Source of the DNA: Stegostoma tigrinum
Lineage: Eukaryota
Direction: 5' to 3'
Assembly: GCF_030684315.1 (NCBI RefSeq)
Contig: NC_081371.1
Span: 12,469,441 to 12,533,440, forward strand
Length of the DNA: 64,000 nt
Part shown: positions 13,150 to 25,414 of the stretch, piece by piece
How positions within the stretch are numbered: position 1 is the stretch's first letter
How the letters are laid out: every line of letters starts with the position of its first letter
Program-made: the position numbers and the translations under genes
Notes under the pieces: model-generated
What the model was told of the DNA's origin: nothing
Databases searched by the model: none
What the model saw: the letters and a program-made list of their open reading frames with translations, nothing else

Positions 13150-14820
13150 TTTATTTCAGTAAGTTTGCTGGTAATTAGAATGCATAAGAGTGCATCTATG
13201 CAGTGGTAATGACCAAAGAGATGAGACAGACGTTACAGCAGAGGAACAGCAAGGTAGCAAATAGTATAGCGTTGTCAATGAGAACAACTAAGGAGAGTGC
13301 GCCAAATTCAAAGTTACAATGATTCAGTTAATTACATTTAGAAGGGCACTGTGGGTCCTGAGTCCATTTTGAAAATTGGATTGAAGGGACAGTAGAGCTT
13401 TTGAACAAGCCAGATTGACTAGGTTTGTTGGAGTGAAAGAAGAAGTGAGATTGTGAGGGTGTTAGAAAGGGAGTGGCTACATTTTATCTCCAGGAGCAGT
13501 AGTGAAAAATTTGGGGGACAAAAGCACATTTTTATGCAATTGTTTATGCTAATGTTGTATACAGACTAATCTGTCAACTGCAGAATACTACAAAGGAAAG
13601 CAATGAAAATGTAACTATTTCCTTCCTATTAAAATAATGGTAATCATTTTCAGAGAATCACAATGGTGCTAGAGAAAATAACTTGTGGTTACCAGCAAAT
13701 GAATACAAACAGCAGTGGAAAATACATAAAACACTGACTAATCCTGGATTTATATAACTCGTTAAAATACAAGAACAAACTATTCAGTAATGACAAAAGA
13801 CTAAAGGACAAAAGGTGAAATTGAAACTAACAGTAATGCTAGACATCAAGTATCAAGACCAGAAAGGAAAAACTATCAAATGTAAAAAGGTTTGGAAAGA
13901 AGACAGAACAATTAGTGAGCAAAGAGAAAATTCAAACTTAAACTGTCAAAGAACATCAAAAACATAACATTTGGCAGTCACCAATGACAATCGAAATAAC
14001 CAATGAATAACTCAGACAATAAACATTCGGGTAATGGTAATGAGGTGGCAACAAATTATTAATCAGGATACTTAGCTGAAAAAAAACTAACATGATGAAT
14101 GTAACATTAGAAGAAGGTATCAAAAAGAACAAAGATAATTAAGAACCGTAGAAGACAATTGACATGAAATATAATCGATTATACGTTCTCAAAAATGGAA
14201 GGAGGGAAGAGGTTTCATTACTTGTAAAAAGGTAAAAATGCTGGCAGACAGCTAAACGTATTCAATGGGAGAAACAACTAGTCCATGGAATTTTTGACCT
14301 ATTAGTTTAATACTGGTGATGGGAATAACAGAATCCTTAATCAAAGATGTACTAGAAAAAATTTAGAAACTAGAATCTGGGATTCAAAGGGGGTGTTAAT
14401 GGTTAATAACCTTATTGAATTATTTGACAAAGTCACAGAAAAGTCAGATAAGGGTAAAGTAGATGGAATGTATCTGGATTTTCAAAAAAGCTTTTGACAA
14501 GTTACACTTTGAAAACTGCAGTATATGTCTAAAATCTGGACACATGAAGACGAGTAAGAAAATGGATAGCAAATTAGCAAAACAGAAAACACAGAGATGG
14601 GTGTATAGGTACTTAGATTGGCAATTGGTGGAATGTGGACTTTCAGGTTGGTTCTGGGACCAGTGTTGTTCACCATTGTCGTAAACAACTTGTTCACAAG
14701 AACTGAAATATACAGAAGACACTGGGTGTGTACTTAGTACAGGGAAGGACAGGAAAATACAAGACAAATTTCATAAACTTTCAGAGTGAACACGGTATTG
14801 GCAATGAAAATCAAAATGGA
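13150..14820 (+). mobile_element. highly decayed CR1-type LINE ORF2
   Basis: AACCTTATTGAATTATTTGACAAAGTCACA...TATCTGGATTTTCAAAAAAGCTTTTGACAAG = NLIELFDKVT...YLDFQKAFDK, the CR1 RT motif, frameshifted. Confidence 0.6.
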
Positions 14821-15399
14821 TAATATCACAGAAAATATTCGGAGTACTCAGGTATCAGGCAGCATCTGTGGAAAAAGAAACAGTTCCGTTTCAGATCATA
14901 TATCATCATGAATCCTGATGAAATGCCATCAACTTAAAATATTCTTTGCATAATCCCTGCCTGACTTTGAATACTTCCAACATTTTTTATTATTATTTTG
15001 GACCTAAAGCATCTGTTATATTTTGCTTTTGTACTAAGAGTATCTGTTCCTAAACATAAAGGGTGTGGATGGTGCCCACACATAGGTGACCCCAATGATG
15101 TCTGCTGTGACAGGACTGATATTTCCACAAATGTATGGATTATCTCATAATGCATTGTATGATGGCATCAGGACCTGGATACTCGGAGAACAGGAAAAAT
15201 GGACCCACATCTGACCTTGCAGCTACACAGCTGCTAACAAATAACTGCTGGATGAAGAGTGATTCAGCCAGTCAATACTGGCTGCTAATTCCAGAGGAAG
15301 ATTGCTTTGTAACCTCCTCTCCAGGTACATCCTACTCCAGCAAGCAACAAAGCAAAGGTGGCCTATTGTTTCAATTATTTTCCTTTTGTAAGAGCAAGT

Positions 15400-17220
15400 A
15401 GCTGCTCAGAAGGAAGAGAAGCCTTGATTAGTCAAAATCCATCAGAAAGGTTTGATGCTTTATTTCCACCTTGTGTGAATAATCAGTGTCATTATATCAG
15501 TGAAAGTCTCTTTTCTGTACAGCACAACAGTTGAGGTCTAGATGGACTCCTTTTCAGTTGGACAGATCCAGACATCTGTCTGTATGATTCCTGGTATGAG
15601 AGAGAACAATCAGCTCTCATGCTGCTCACAGGTAGTTCAGCTGAGACCTGGAATAGTCTTCCCTGGTTCTCCTGAGGTCTTGACGCAAAACTGTATTCTT
15701 AGCCAGACTTCTGTGCTGTTCAACATCAAAAATGGTTGCCATTCATCTCCATTGAGTCACTGCTTCAATCTAAAGTCAAAGAGTCAATCAAACAAACACT
15801 TTGAAGTCTCTTCCTGACTCCTTTGCCATAATCACAGAAGTTGTGATCTTGCACACCTTTTGGAGGTTTCAATTCTGTTGTCTAAAGTTGATAAATACAT
15901 CATGGTTCCTCCGTCTGCTGATCACAGTTAAATTCACGAGAAGTCTGATAATTATCTTTGTGTAAAATCTATAATGCTGCAACACCCCATTCATGAGAAC
16001 TGGGTGGAGCTTGCAACCTGTCATTCACAAAATCACTCGAGTCTAAATGTCTTATCAATGAGGCAGAGCAGCAGCAGAGGGGAAAATGACAAATAAGCAA
16101 GTCCTGTGCCCCACATCCAATTATTTTGTGGTTATCCAGTCTCCTGGGGCCCAAGATCTGTGGGTTAAGAATTGCCCTGCTCAGTCACATGAAGGCCTGA
16201 GGAAGTTAAATTTTCTTACTTGACAAAGTCAATCTTGCCATCTCCAGAGCTAAGTCCAAGGCAGATGAACAGTGAGGCCAGTCGCCTAGATCACCCACGT
16301 CCATTTCCTGCAATGTTAGGCCAGTTGTAATAAAGAATGTCAAGTACTCAAAACCTTCCCCACAATACCCGACTGAATCATCCCACATGCTTCTTAGATT
16401 AGATTAGATTCCCTATAGTGTGGAAACAGGCCCTTCGGCCCAACAAGTCCATACAGCCCCTTGGAGCATCCCACCAGACCCATCCCCCTATAACCCAGAC
16501 AACCCTGAACACTACGGGCAATCCCATCTCCCCTCAAACCTCCATTCCCCTTCAAATTCCATTCCCCTTCATATTAGCCAAGCATCCATCATTGCACCCT
16601 GATCTTGCCCTTAGCTTTTCCTTCAGTATGTCGTATGGGTAGATCTTTGGAGCTAAGTAGCAGCCAGCAGGAAGCCTTTGGAATGGGCATGTAAAATGGT
16701 TAAACTTTTGTCTATCTAATATTAAGGAGGGCAAATTTCCAGTTATGCCAGGGAACGTTTTCTGAGAAAGGAATACAAGAAGAATCTTTTTTGCTTCATG
16801 ACCTGACCTCTTAGTAATGAAAGGTCAGGCACTTGTGTTTATAAGATCTTGCCCATGTCCCTTTTGCAATAATATCTACCCTTTCCATTGAGACAGTGTG
16901 CATGCAGAGTACACTGCTAACAAAAGTGAGGCCCATCCGTTCTTTCAAAGAACTCTTGCGTAGCAACTGCTCTTTTGAAAGCAAACTATCACATTGTATT
17001 AACATAAATTAATCTGCCTCAATTATACTGTTCTCACCATGAAACCTTCAAAGAAAAGCTTTTCCTAACAATTTAACACGTCACTCAGCACACATCAAAC
17101 TGAAAAGAAAATCTCCAAACACAATGAAATCTTCCTCAGGTTACCATTTCGATACATAAAAAAAACTAACAGCTACTCAATAACCACATCAAAGACAGAT
17201 AATCCTTTAATAGCCTCATC
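15400..17220 (+). pseudogene. ancient Penelope-like reverse transcriptase fossil (interrupted by HE1 SINE)
   Basis: Degenerate motifs in PLE order across frameshifts: KGL.F, PSAD, ..LFCGYP.., DLLVM (YIDD-like), NNIYP...HPFF (LN.IHP...LPFLD-like), CSHHETFKE, IFLRLPF. Confidence 0.35.
16394..16520 (-). mobile_element. truncated HE1 SINE (3' end with (TTAGA)n tail)
   Basis: TTAGATTAGATTAGATTCCCTATAGTGTGGAAACAGGCCCTTCGGCCCAAC, matching the tail at 245-290. Confidence 0.8.
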
Positions 17221-18473
17221 AAATTGTCAACTGTCAACTGTCAACATCCTTCCTGTAACAGGTGGATCCATGGTGCCATTAAAGAGGGAATTCCAGGATC
17301 TTGACACAACAACATTACTGAGACAATGCTACATATTCAAGTCACTACAGTATAGAGGATTGGCTGAAGATCTAAAAACATTAATGATATTCAACAGCTA
17401 CGTGACCCTGAATGGGTCCTGTGAATATTTCCGTACATGCCGCAGATGGCATAATTAAAAACTTGCTTTCTGTCCAAGCAAGCAGTTTTGTCTTCAGTAT
17501 CCGCTTTTTCAGTGCTGGCTGTTTGTTACACTGTGTAAACGATGAGAGAGTTCCGTTCTGAGAATTGGATTTCGCCTCAGACTGGGATGGTGAATGGTGT
17601 CAGGAATGAACCTAAGACTCCAGACCAGCCATTGAACAAGAGGACCCCAATGGGCAGAAGGGAATGAGACTTATTGTCTTTTATTTTCCTTTCTTTTCCA
17701 TTTTTTACTCATTATTATTATTACTTAACTCGCCACTGAGTGTTGTGTGAGTGAGAGGTAGAATAGAAACTTCCTCCAACCCCCTGACTCACCACGTGGC
17801 TGCTCTGAGGTGTTTGTTCAGCATCAGGCTCCCTCCTTAGCAAGTGAAAAACAGATGAGGCACATTTCCTGCTCGGGCTGACTTTGTTTCTCACCTCAGT
17901 TTACACTTAACTTTTTCACGAGCCGTAACTGCCCACGTTTTAAGCCTATTCCTACCCTCTTTCTTTCCCCTTCCATTTTATTTGTAAGTAGAATTGGGGA
18001 TGACTGCTTTTATGATCTTTTTATGGGGAAAGGGAGGTGGTTTCGGTATGAAGAAACAAAAGGCTGTTAGCATCTGAAAGGTTAATATTTCAGCTGGGCC
18101 CTTTGGCTGGACAAGGGGATGCGAGAACATTTACAAGTCCATTTCTTGGGTGTAACAAAGTGATGGAGTGCACTTTGCTATTGATTGAACTCTGCATTTT
18201 CTACTTGTATTTTAACGTTCCAGTTATTGAGCTATTAAAAAAAACTTTCTAAATAACTGATGTACGGGTGACGAACTGGGCTTTATTTTTGTTGGCATTA
18301 ACTCCTACTAAGTCATCTTCATGAGAAATTGTTTGTGGTGTAAGATAATTGGTGTTTTGTGGGAGGGAAAAGCTAGTGATCATCTGTTGGAATATCAAGC
18401 TGTTGGATTTTCTGCATTATGGTTATTCTACGTGACTAGTTAATCACTCTCTTTCTCTTCTATTTGCTTTGGC

Positions 18474-18785
18474 GCAGCATGGTGGCACAGTGGTTAGCAC
18501 TGTTGCGTCACAGCGCCAAGAACCTAGGTTCAATTCCATCCTTGGGGGACAGTCTGTGTGGAGTTTGCACAGTTTGCCCATGTCTGTGTGGGTTTCCTCC
18601 AGGTGCTCTGGTTTCCTCCCACAATTGGAAGATGTGTGGGCTAAGTGGATTGGCTGAATTGCCCATAGTGTTCAGGATTAGGTGGATTATTGGGGGATGG
18701 GTCTGGGTGGGATGCTCTGAGGGTCAGTGTGGACTTGTTGGGCCAAAGGGCCTGTTTCCAGACTGTAGGGATTCTAATTTAATCA
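18474..18785 (+). mobile_element. HE1-type V-SINE, full length
   Basis: A-box GGTGGCACAGTGGTTAGC, B-box-like GGTTCAATTCC, V-domain and tail GGGCCAAAGGGCCTGTTTCCAGACTGTAGGGATTCTA. Confidence 0.85.
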
Positions 18786-21700
18786 AGTTGCTGTTGGCTA
18801 GCCCTCTCTTAGTCATATTTAAGCGAATTCAAAAGAACTGCTTGGATACATGCTGTGATCAAAGACAAATGGTGAGTGGCTTGGAGGGGGGTTTTGCAAG
18901 TGGGATGTATCTGTGCAAAGTAAAAGAGAGGAATTCCACAAAGCATAAATAGTTACGTCACCCCAGAATACAGGAGATGACATTGTGAGCAGAAAATATA
19001 GTATCTTAAAAGAAATACAAGAAAATTGCAGTTTCACCTGTGTGAAGTACTGAGGAATGTGGATGACAAGTAGGGAGGAGATAAAAGACGATAAACATAA
19101 AGCTCAGCAGTAACAATAACTGGTGATTGTGAATTGGCAGAGTTCTTTTACACTCCAACTGACTTTCTATTTCATTCGAACTTTATACACTCACTAATTC
19201 AATTCTGAGCCTTGTCTGTAATTTAGATTTGACTCAAGAAGAAACTGATGTTTAGCCTCCAGTAATGATGTTTGCTTTCCTTGGCAGCAGTGATGGGATA
19301 GAAGATTATCCTGGTGGACACATGGTGGATCTTATTCTTGAGTTTTCTTGGCAGCTTCGTAAAAAGCATTGGAGAGTGGCCTGCATCTGTTTTCTCAAGG
19401 GATACGACAAGAATGAAAGAAAACAGCCTGTTCAAATCGGAACAAGGAGATTATATGGGTATTATTAACATGTAGTTCCTATTATTTCATTCTTGTATAA
19501 TGATCGATAGGGTCAAAATGGTGCTGAGAAAGATGTACAGTTAGACTGATCTCAGCCATAACTCACTCATTCAGCCGTTATTTAGGTGTGAGCCTCTATA
19601 GTGTAATCAGTCTGTTTCAACTTGGAGTCAGGATCACAGCTGAGCTCAATTTTACAAACACCCAGTGCAAAGGCAGTGAACAGAATTGCATCATGACTGA
19701 TTTCTCCTCCCGACGATTTCAGTAACGCTTAGTCCCCATATAGCCACTGGTGCCATTACTCCTCACTAGCTGCACACCCCTTCCCCACAACCACCAGTGG
19801 CACTGCCCTTCACTTCACTGTTCCAATCACTTCTTACAATGTGTTTGACTGTAGCAGCTGAGCAAATCAGACTAGTTTAATATGTTATCTGAAATTAGAG
19901 TGGCAACACATCTTTTCTAATCCTTCTATACATTGGTCCTGCCAGCGACAGTAACATTGCTTCTGGGAATTGCATTTCTTGCATTGCTGACCTGTGTGGA
20001 CCTTTCCCATCATTTGTTTATTCATTGCAGTGAACACTCCTGAAATCCACCTGCCATGAAAATAATGCAGCTGTTCTAGCCAAGGCAACCCTGGTTTGTC
20101 ACAAAGCTCCCACTGCAAGCAGAAGCTGCAATATAGCAAGGGTACTAAATCAACATGAGTCCTAATGCTAGCCAGAACAACCTTGTAAATTATGCTATCT
20201 TGTCAATGCCTTTCCTGTTCTGTTGAGATTTCCACAGAATGAGGACCATCAGTAAAAGAGCCAATGTATCAGTGAAATGCTTAATGAGAGATTTTTTTTG
20301 TTTTATAAAACATCTATTTAAAGATTTGGAGCATGCTTCATAGAATCAAAAGGGTTAAGGCCACAGGAGACAGGTGGTCTGGAGACAAAATGATTGTGGG
20401 CAGGAATAAAGTTTGCTCTTTGTGAGTAAAATGTGAAGGAATTTATAAAGAACAGGCTCATTTAATGATAGTTATAAATTACCAGGCCCCCTTTAAATTT
20501 TTACCAAATGTTCTCACCATTGAGTGTGGGATTGGGGATGTTTAGGTATGAGCTCAGATTTCCAGTGCAATTTTTAATTAGAAACACCTTTCAACCTATG
20601 GTATGTTTAATGAATATTAATGAAAGCCTGAAAAAGAACTATAGAAATTTTTAACAAAAGCCACAGAATGAAGAGAATGCAAGCAGTAAAATTGTCATGG
20701 AACTCTAGATTGAGAAACCGCTGGAGATTTTTCCTGGGACGACAGCAGGGTCTTGTAGGAACTTCACTTGGCAACCATTTCCTACTGGAGAGAAGATTAT
20801 TTAAACAAGGCAGCTTTACCAATTGAATTATTGCAACAAAATATCCTGCAATACTGATCACTGAAATTATTCTCAGTCTGAGCATACTGTTTTTCACTTT
20901 GAAGTGCCCTTGTGTGGAACAGGGCACTTACTGCTCCTTGCCAACTGAATCATGCACAGAAGTGCTCCAGGTTGACTTTATTAATTATGCTGGGTACAAA
21001 GCAGTTTAATCAGCATCGAAGCAACAGAAAGACAAGCTTATTATGACTATTGACCATCAGAAAAAGATGATCCTTTTATTTAGATTAAATATAATAAAGA
21101 GAAGTGAAAGAGAATTGATAGGTTGAATGCATATTTATTCTACAGCGCTTTTGTTTTAAATCCATTTTCCCTTATCAGTTATCCATTCATTTTATTTTCT
21201 TTGTTCTTTTAAATGACTCAGTTATTTTCAAACCCAATGTTGGCCCTACTTCAAAAAAGTTAACCTATCTTTTCTCTTCAGCGATATGAGTAGAAATTCT
21301 GTTCCCAAAAATTTTGTTTTTAGTTTCATTTCCAGCATTTTCACTTTAATTTCCTATTTGTAGATGTTGCTTTCCCACTGCCTGAAAATCAATAAACGGC
21401 CTGCAGATGAGAGTCTGATTTTAGCAAGTCACACAATTGTACATAATGCAGTGGAAGATTAATGATTTATAATTTACCATTGATCTATAATAAACAATTA
21501 ATCAAATCAGATTGGTGTAGTCTCTGATACTTTTCAGCATAATATTTCTGGATTTACGACATGAGGAAAGCATTACCAGAACTTACTGCACTATATTAAT
21601 TATTTAAATAATTTATTTCAATTTTTAAATGATCTGTTTCCCTTTTGTAAATTTTTATAAAGTTTTAGACCCTCTGGTTTCTACTTTAAGGTTATTAGGA

Positions 21701-21996
21701 GCAGGTAGGAATGTGTTGGAGCTCAGTCAGATTAGCCATGGACTAACTAAACGGCAGAACAGGCTGGAGAGGGCATATTCCTGCTCCTAATTTCTATGTA
21801 TACCTTTTAAACAAAAAAATTAAGTTTAAACTTGTTACCTTGTTGAAGCTTTTTAACAACTTTGTTCTTTCTGGCAGAGCTTATCAAAATGCAACTGATC
21901 ACCGCTAAATAATGAGAAGTATAATCTCTAACAATTAATGACATCTGTACAGCAAAGAGGGAACTTCTGATGAGATAACATCAACTTGAAATGTTA

Positions 21997-23018
21997 GTGA
22001 TAATGGGAACTGCAGATGCTGGAGAATCCAAGATAATGAAATGTGAGGCTGGATGAATACAGCAGGCCCAGCAGCATCTCAGGAGCACAAAAGCTGTCGT
22101 TTCGGGCCTAGACCCTTCATCAGAGAGGGGGATGGGGTGAGGGTTCTGGAATAAATAGGGAGAGAGGGGGAGGCGGACCGAAGATGGAGAGAAAAGAAGA
22201 TAGGTGGGGAGGAGAGTATAGGTGGGGAGGTAGGGAGGGGATAGGTCAGTCCAGGGAAGACGGACAGGTCAAGGAGGTGGGATGAAGGTAGTAGGTAGGA
22301 GATGGAGGTGCGGCTTGAGGTGGGAGGAAGAGATGGGTGAGAGGAAGAACAGGTTATGGAGGCAGAGACAGGTTGGACTGGTTTTGGAATGCAGTGGGTG
22401 GAGGGGAAAAGCTGGTCTGGTTGTGTGGTGCAGTGGGGGGAGGGGACGAACTGGGCTGGTTTTGGGATGCGGTGGGGGAAGGGGAGATTTTGAAGCTGGT
22501 GAAGTCCACATTGATACCATTGGGCTGCAGGGTTCCCAAGCGGAATATGAGTTGCTGTTCCTGCAACCTTCAGGTGCATCATTGTGGCACTGCAGGAGGC
22601 CCATGATGGACATGTCATCTAAAGAACGGGAGGGGGAGTGGAAATGGTTTGCGACTGGGAGGTGCAGTTGTTTATCGCGAACCGAGCGGAGGTGTTCTGC
22701 AAAGCGGTCCCCAAGCCTCCGCTTGGTTTCCCCAATGTAGAGGAAGCCGCACCGGGTACAGTGGATACAGTATACCACATTGGCAGATGTGCAGGTGAAC
22801 CTCTGCTTAATATGGAAAGTCATCTTGGGGCCTGGGATGGGGGTGAGGGAGGAGGTGTAGGGGCAAGTGTAGCATTTCCTGTGGTTGCAGGGGAAGGTGC
22901 CAGGTGTGGTGGGGTTGGAGGGCAGTGTGGAGCGAACAAGGGAGTCACGGAGAGAGTGGTCTCTCCGGAAAGCAGACAAGGGTGGGGATGGAAAAAATGT
23001 CTTGGGTGGTGGGGTCGG
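21997..23018 (-). mobile_element. young Penelope-like element, 3' fragment (GIY-YIG endonuclease + terminal repeat)
   Basis: ORF 22269-23096 contains C..KCYTC...FTCTSANVVYCIHCTRCGFLYIGETKRRLGDRFAEH...PVANHF, the PLE GIY-YIG domain. The terminal repeat has a hammerhead motif at 22096-22123. 13-bp TSD at 21984-21996 / 23019-23031. Confidence 0.92.
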
Positions 23019-23244
23019 ACTTGAAACGTTAATTCGGTTTCTTTCTTCCCACGTATGTTGAACATTATTTGCAAATATATTCTGATGTTCTGACATTAAT
23101 TAATTTTAAGTCATTGCTTTCTGTTGAAGACTTGCTTACGTTCCTTACCATTACATTTCAAGTGCCAAAGTCCTTTCATTTCAGTGTTTATATCAGTATT
23201 CATAACTACAGTCAGTCACATTGATTTGGGCCGAGTTCAAACAG

Positions 23245-23278
23245 CTGCAGTTCTGGAGCAGACCACTAGATGGGGTAC
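23245..23278 (+). promoter_or_regulatory. candidate CTCF site with upstream motif
   Basis: CTGCAGTTCT-GGAGC-AGACCACTAGATGGGGTAC: a core close to CCASYAGRKGGC, preceded by a TGCAGT upstream motif at a typical spacing. Confidence 0.45.
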
Positions 23279-24129
23279 TTCACACACTGGGTCCCAAAAA
23301 ATCCACTTCTGAGACAATCCATGCAACTCTGGTCTAAGCAGAGTTTTTTTCCTGTTTTCTCAGCAGAGAAAATCATAATTTCCAATAATTCAGAAAAGTG
23401 AAACTTATGGCTGTATTTATGTTACAAATACTACCCACAAATTGCTACATTATGTGTTTGCAGTTTGCAAAAAGAAAACTGCAGTGGGCTCAGGATGCAA
23501 ATATTGACTTGAGATCTAAGTGGTTTATTGAAATGGTAAGCAATTGGAAGAACAGGGTCCTTCCTCAGGACAGAGCAGAGGTATTCTACAAAGCAGTCAT
23601 CCAGTTTGCATTTGGTCTCACCAAGGTAAAGGAGAGCACATTGTGATCAGCATCCAGCCTGGACCTGCAACAGTGTTCAAATAAAACTCAAAGTAACTGG
23701 AAGAGCAATACCTTATTTTCCACTTAGGTATTATGTAGCCTTTATCGCTCAATACTTTGTCCCACAGTTTCACATAATGACCTTTAACCTCCATTTTTCG
23801 CAACCACCCCCACCATCCTTATGCCCGAATAAATCTTGTGAACATTGCTGTCAGCAGAGTGGGGACACCCATTTCTACATCTTTGTCAGTCCTTTAGCAC
23901 CCATTAGTATCCACTTTGTTTTTTGCTCTGAGCACCCTCACAGTCTGTTCCACTCAGTCCACGCTACCGCCAATGTCTACTGTAATAAAGAAACAGCATT
24001 TTCCAGCCATTTCCTGTTCTGAAGAAGACTCATATTGGACTGGGAAGTTTAACCCTGTTTCTCTCTCGACGGATGCTGCCAGACTCGCTGAGTTTTCCAA
24101 ACTTCCGTTTGTAGTTCCGATTTCCAACT

Positions 24130-24780
24130 GTTTGCTTTTATTGAAAAATATTTGCTTGCTTTTGTTTTGGAAGCATCAGAAATTGTGTTTTATTTTGTTT
24201 GGGAAAACCCATACAGATTGCAAAGCCTTTGGTTTCAGTTCACTGAAGTCCTGAGTGAAGGAAGGGCAGCTTCTCTTGGAGAAAGGAGTTAGTTCAGAAC
24301 AATTAGGAAATAGGTTACTTAGCATAAGGGTTTTAGTTTGAAAGTTCCAGACCAGAAGCGTTTGTCTGGAACCATGAAGGGTTTATTTCAAGCTGCAAAA
24401 ATCTAAAGATCTGTTGTGGAAACAATCAAGAAAAAGATTATAAAACTCACAGGACTAGGAATTGAAAGAGATAGGTAAGTCAAACCTTTAAATGTTGAAG
24501 AAAAGGGAAGTGAATATTGTAAAGTGATGGCGTTGGGATAGATGGGATTGTATTTTTTAATGTGTTTCACAATCTTGCACCTCCTGTTTAATGTAAATAG
24601 CTTGGTGAATTCTATGTTATCTTAATTTATTTTGCCCAATTAGGTTCTGTTTTGCTGAACCTGCATGCGTGTTTTTCAATGAAAAACCAAGTTACATAAG
24701 AAAACAAAATATGATCCATCAAGCAAGATTGAAGTCTCGGAACAGATTTGTCCAGTAGTAACACCAGCTGTGGTTATACA
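24130..24780 (+). mobile_element. solo LTR-like repeat, second copy
   Basis: Homologous to 965-1766. Ends ...CCAGTAGTAACACCAGCTGTGGTTATACA. Confidence 0.5.
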
Positions 24781-25219
24781 GAATGAAAATGTAGCCTACT
24801 ACCTAAAGTGGAGAACAACTGCAGAATCCCGCGGTGCAGAAAGATTTAAGTATTCTGGTGCCTGTGTCACAAAAAGTTAGTAAGCAGATGTAGAATATAG
24901 ACAAGGAGGCTAATGGGATGATATCCATTAGTGTGAGGGGAAATAAACATAAAAATAAGGAAGTTATGCTTCAATTACACAGTGAATTTGGTGAGACCAC
25001 ATCTCAAATACTGTGTGCTGTTTTGGACTCCTTATTTAAGGAAGGATGACAATGCTCAGAGGTTCAGAAAAGGTTTATAAGGTACCCAGAATGAATGGGT
25101 TGTCTTCTGAGAATAAGTTGGACAGATCGGGCTTGTTTCCCTTGGAGTTTAAAAGAATGAGGTGTGACTGAAGTGAAGTTCTGGATGTGAGTTTGCTCGC
25201 TGAGCTGGAAGGTTAGTTT

Positions 25220-25259
25220 TCAGACGTTTCGTCACCATTCTAGGTAACATCATCAGTGA
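25220..25259 (-). ncRNA. minimal type I hammerhead ribozyme (PLE-type)
   Basis: Minus strand: TCA CTGATGA T GTTACC TAGAAT GGTGAC GAAAC GTC TGA. Catalytic core intact, 6-bp stem II, palindromic ACGT stem III, GUC cleavage triplet, TCA/TGA stem I. Confidence 0.75.
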
Positions 25260-25374
25260 GCCTCCAATGAAGCGCTGGTGTTATGTCCCACTTTCTATTT
25301 ATCTGTTTAGATAAATAGATAACGTAAACAGATAAATAGAAAGCAGGACATAACACCAGCGCTTCGTCGGAGGC

Positions 25375-25414
25375 TCACTGATGATGTTAGCTAGAATGGT
25401 GACGAAACGTCTGA
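25375..25414 (+). ncRNA. minimal type I hammerhead ribozyme (PLE-type)
   Basis: TCA CTGATGA T GTTAGC TAGAAT GGTGAC GAAAC GTC TGA. Core intact with one stem II mismatch. Predicted cleavage after 25411. Confidence 0.7.

Noticed and set aside
15060-16390. Minus-strand R2/RLE-type retrotransposon reading (GFEYL, EWGVAAL, PDAII...VEISV)
   Set aside because: The motifs are weak and poorly spaced. The plus-strand Penelope-like reading gives more ordered motifs, although neither is certain.
18474-18545. tRNA gene
   Set aside because: The A/B boxes belong to a SINE head that continues into the V-domain. There is no complete cloverleaf.
22282-23024. Plus-strand ORFs of 128-152 aa (also 55806-57966 minus-strand ORFs)
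   Set aside because: Antisense shadows of the Penelope ORF.
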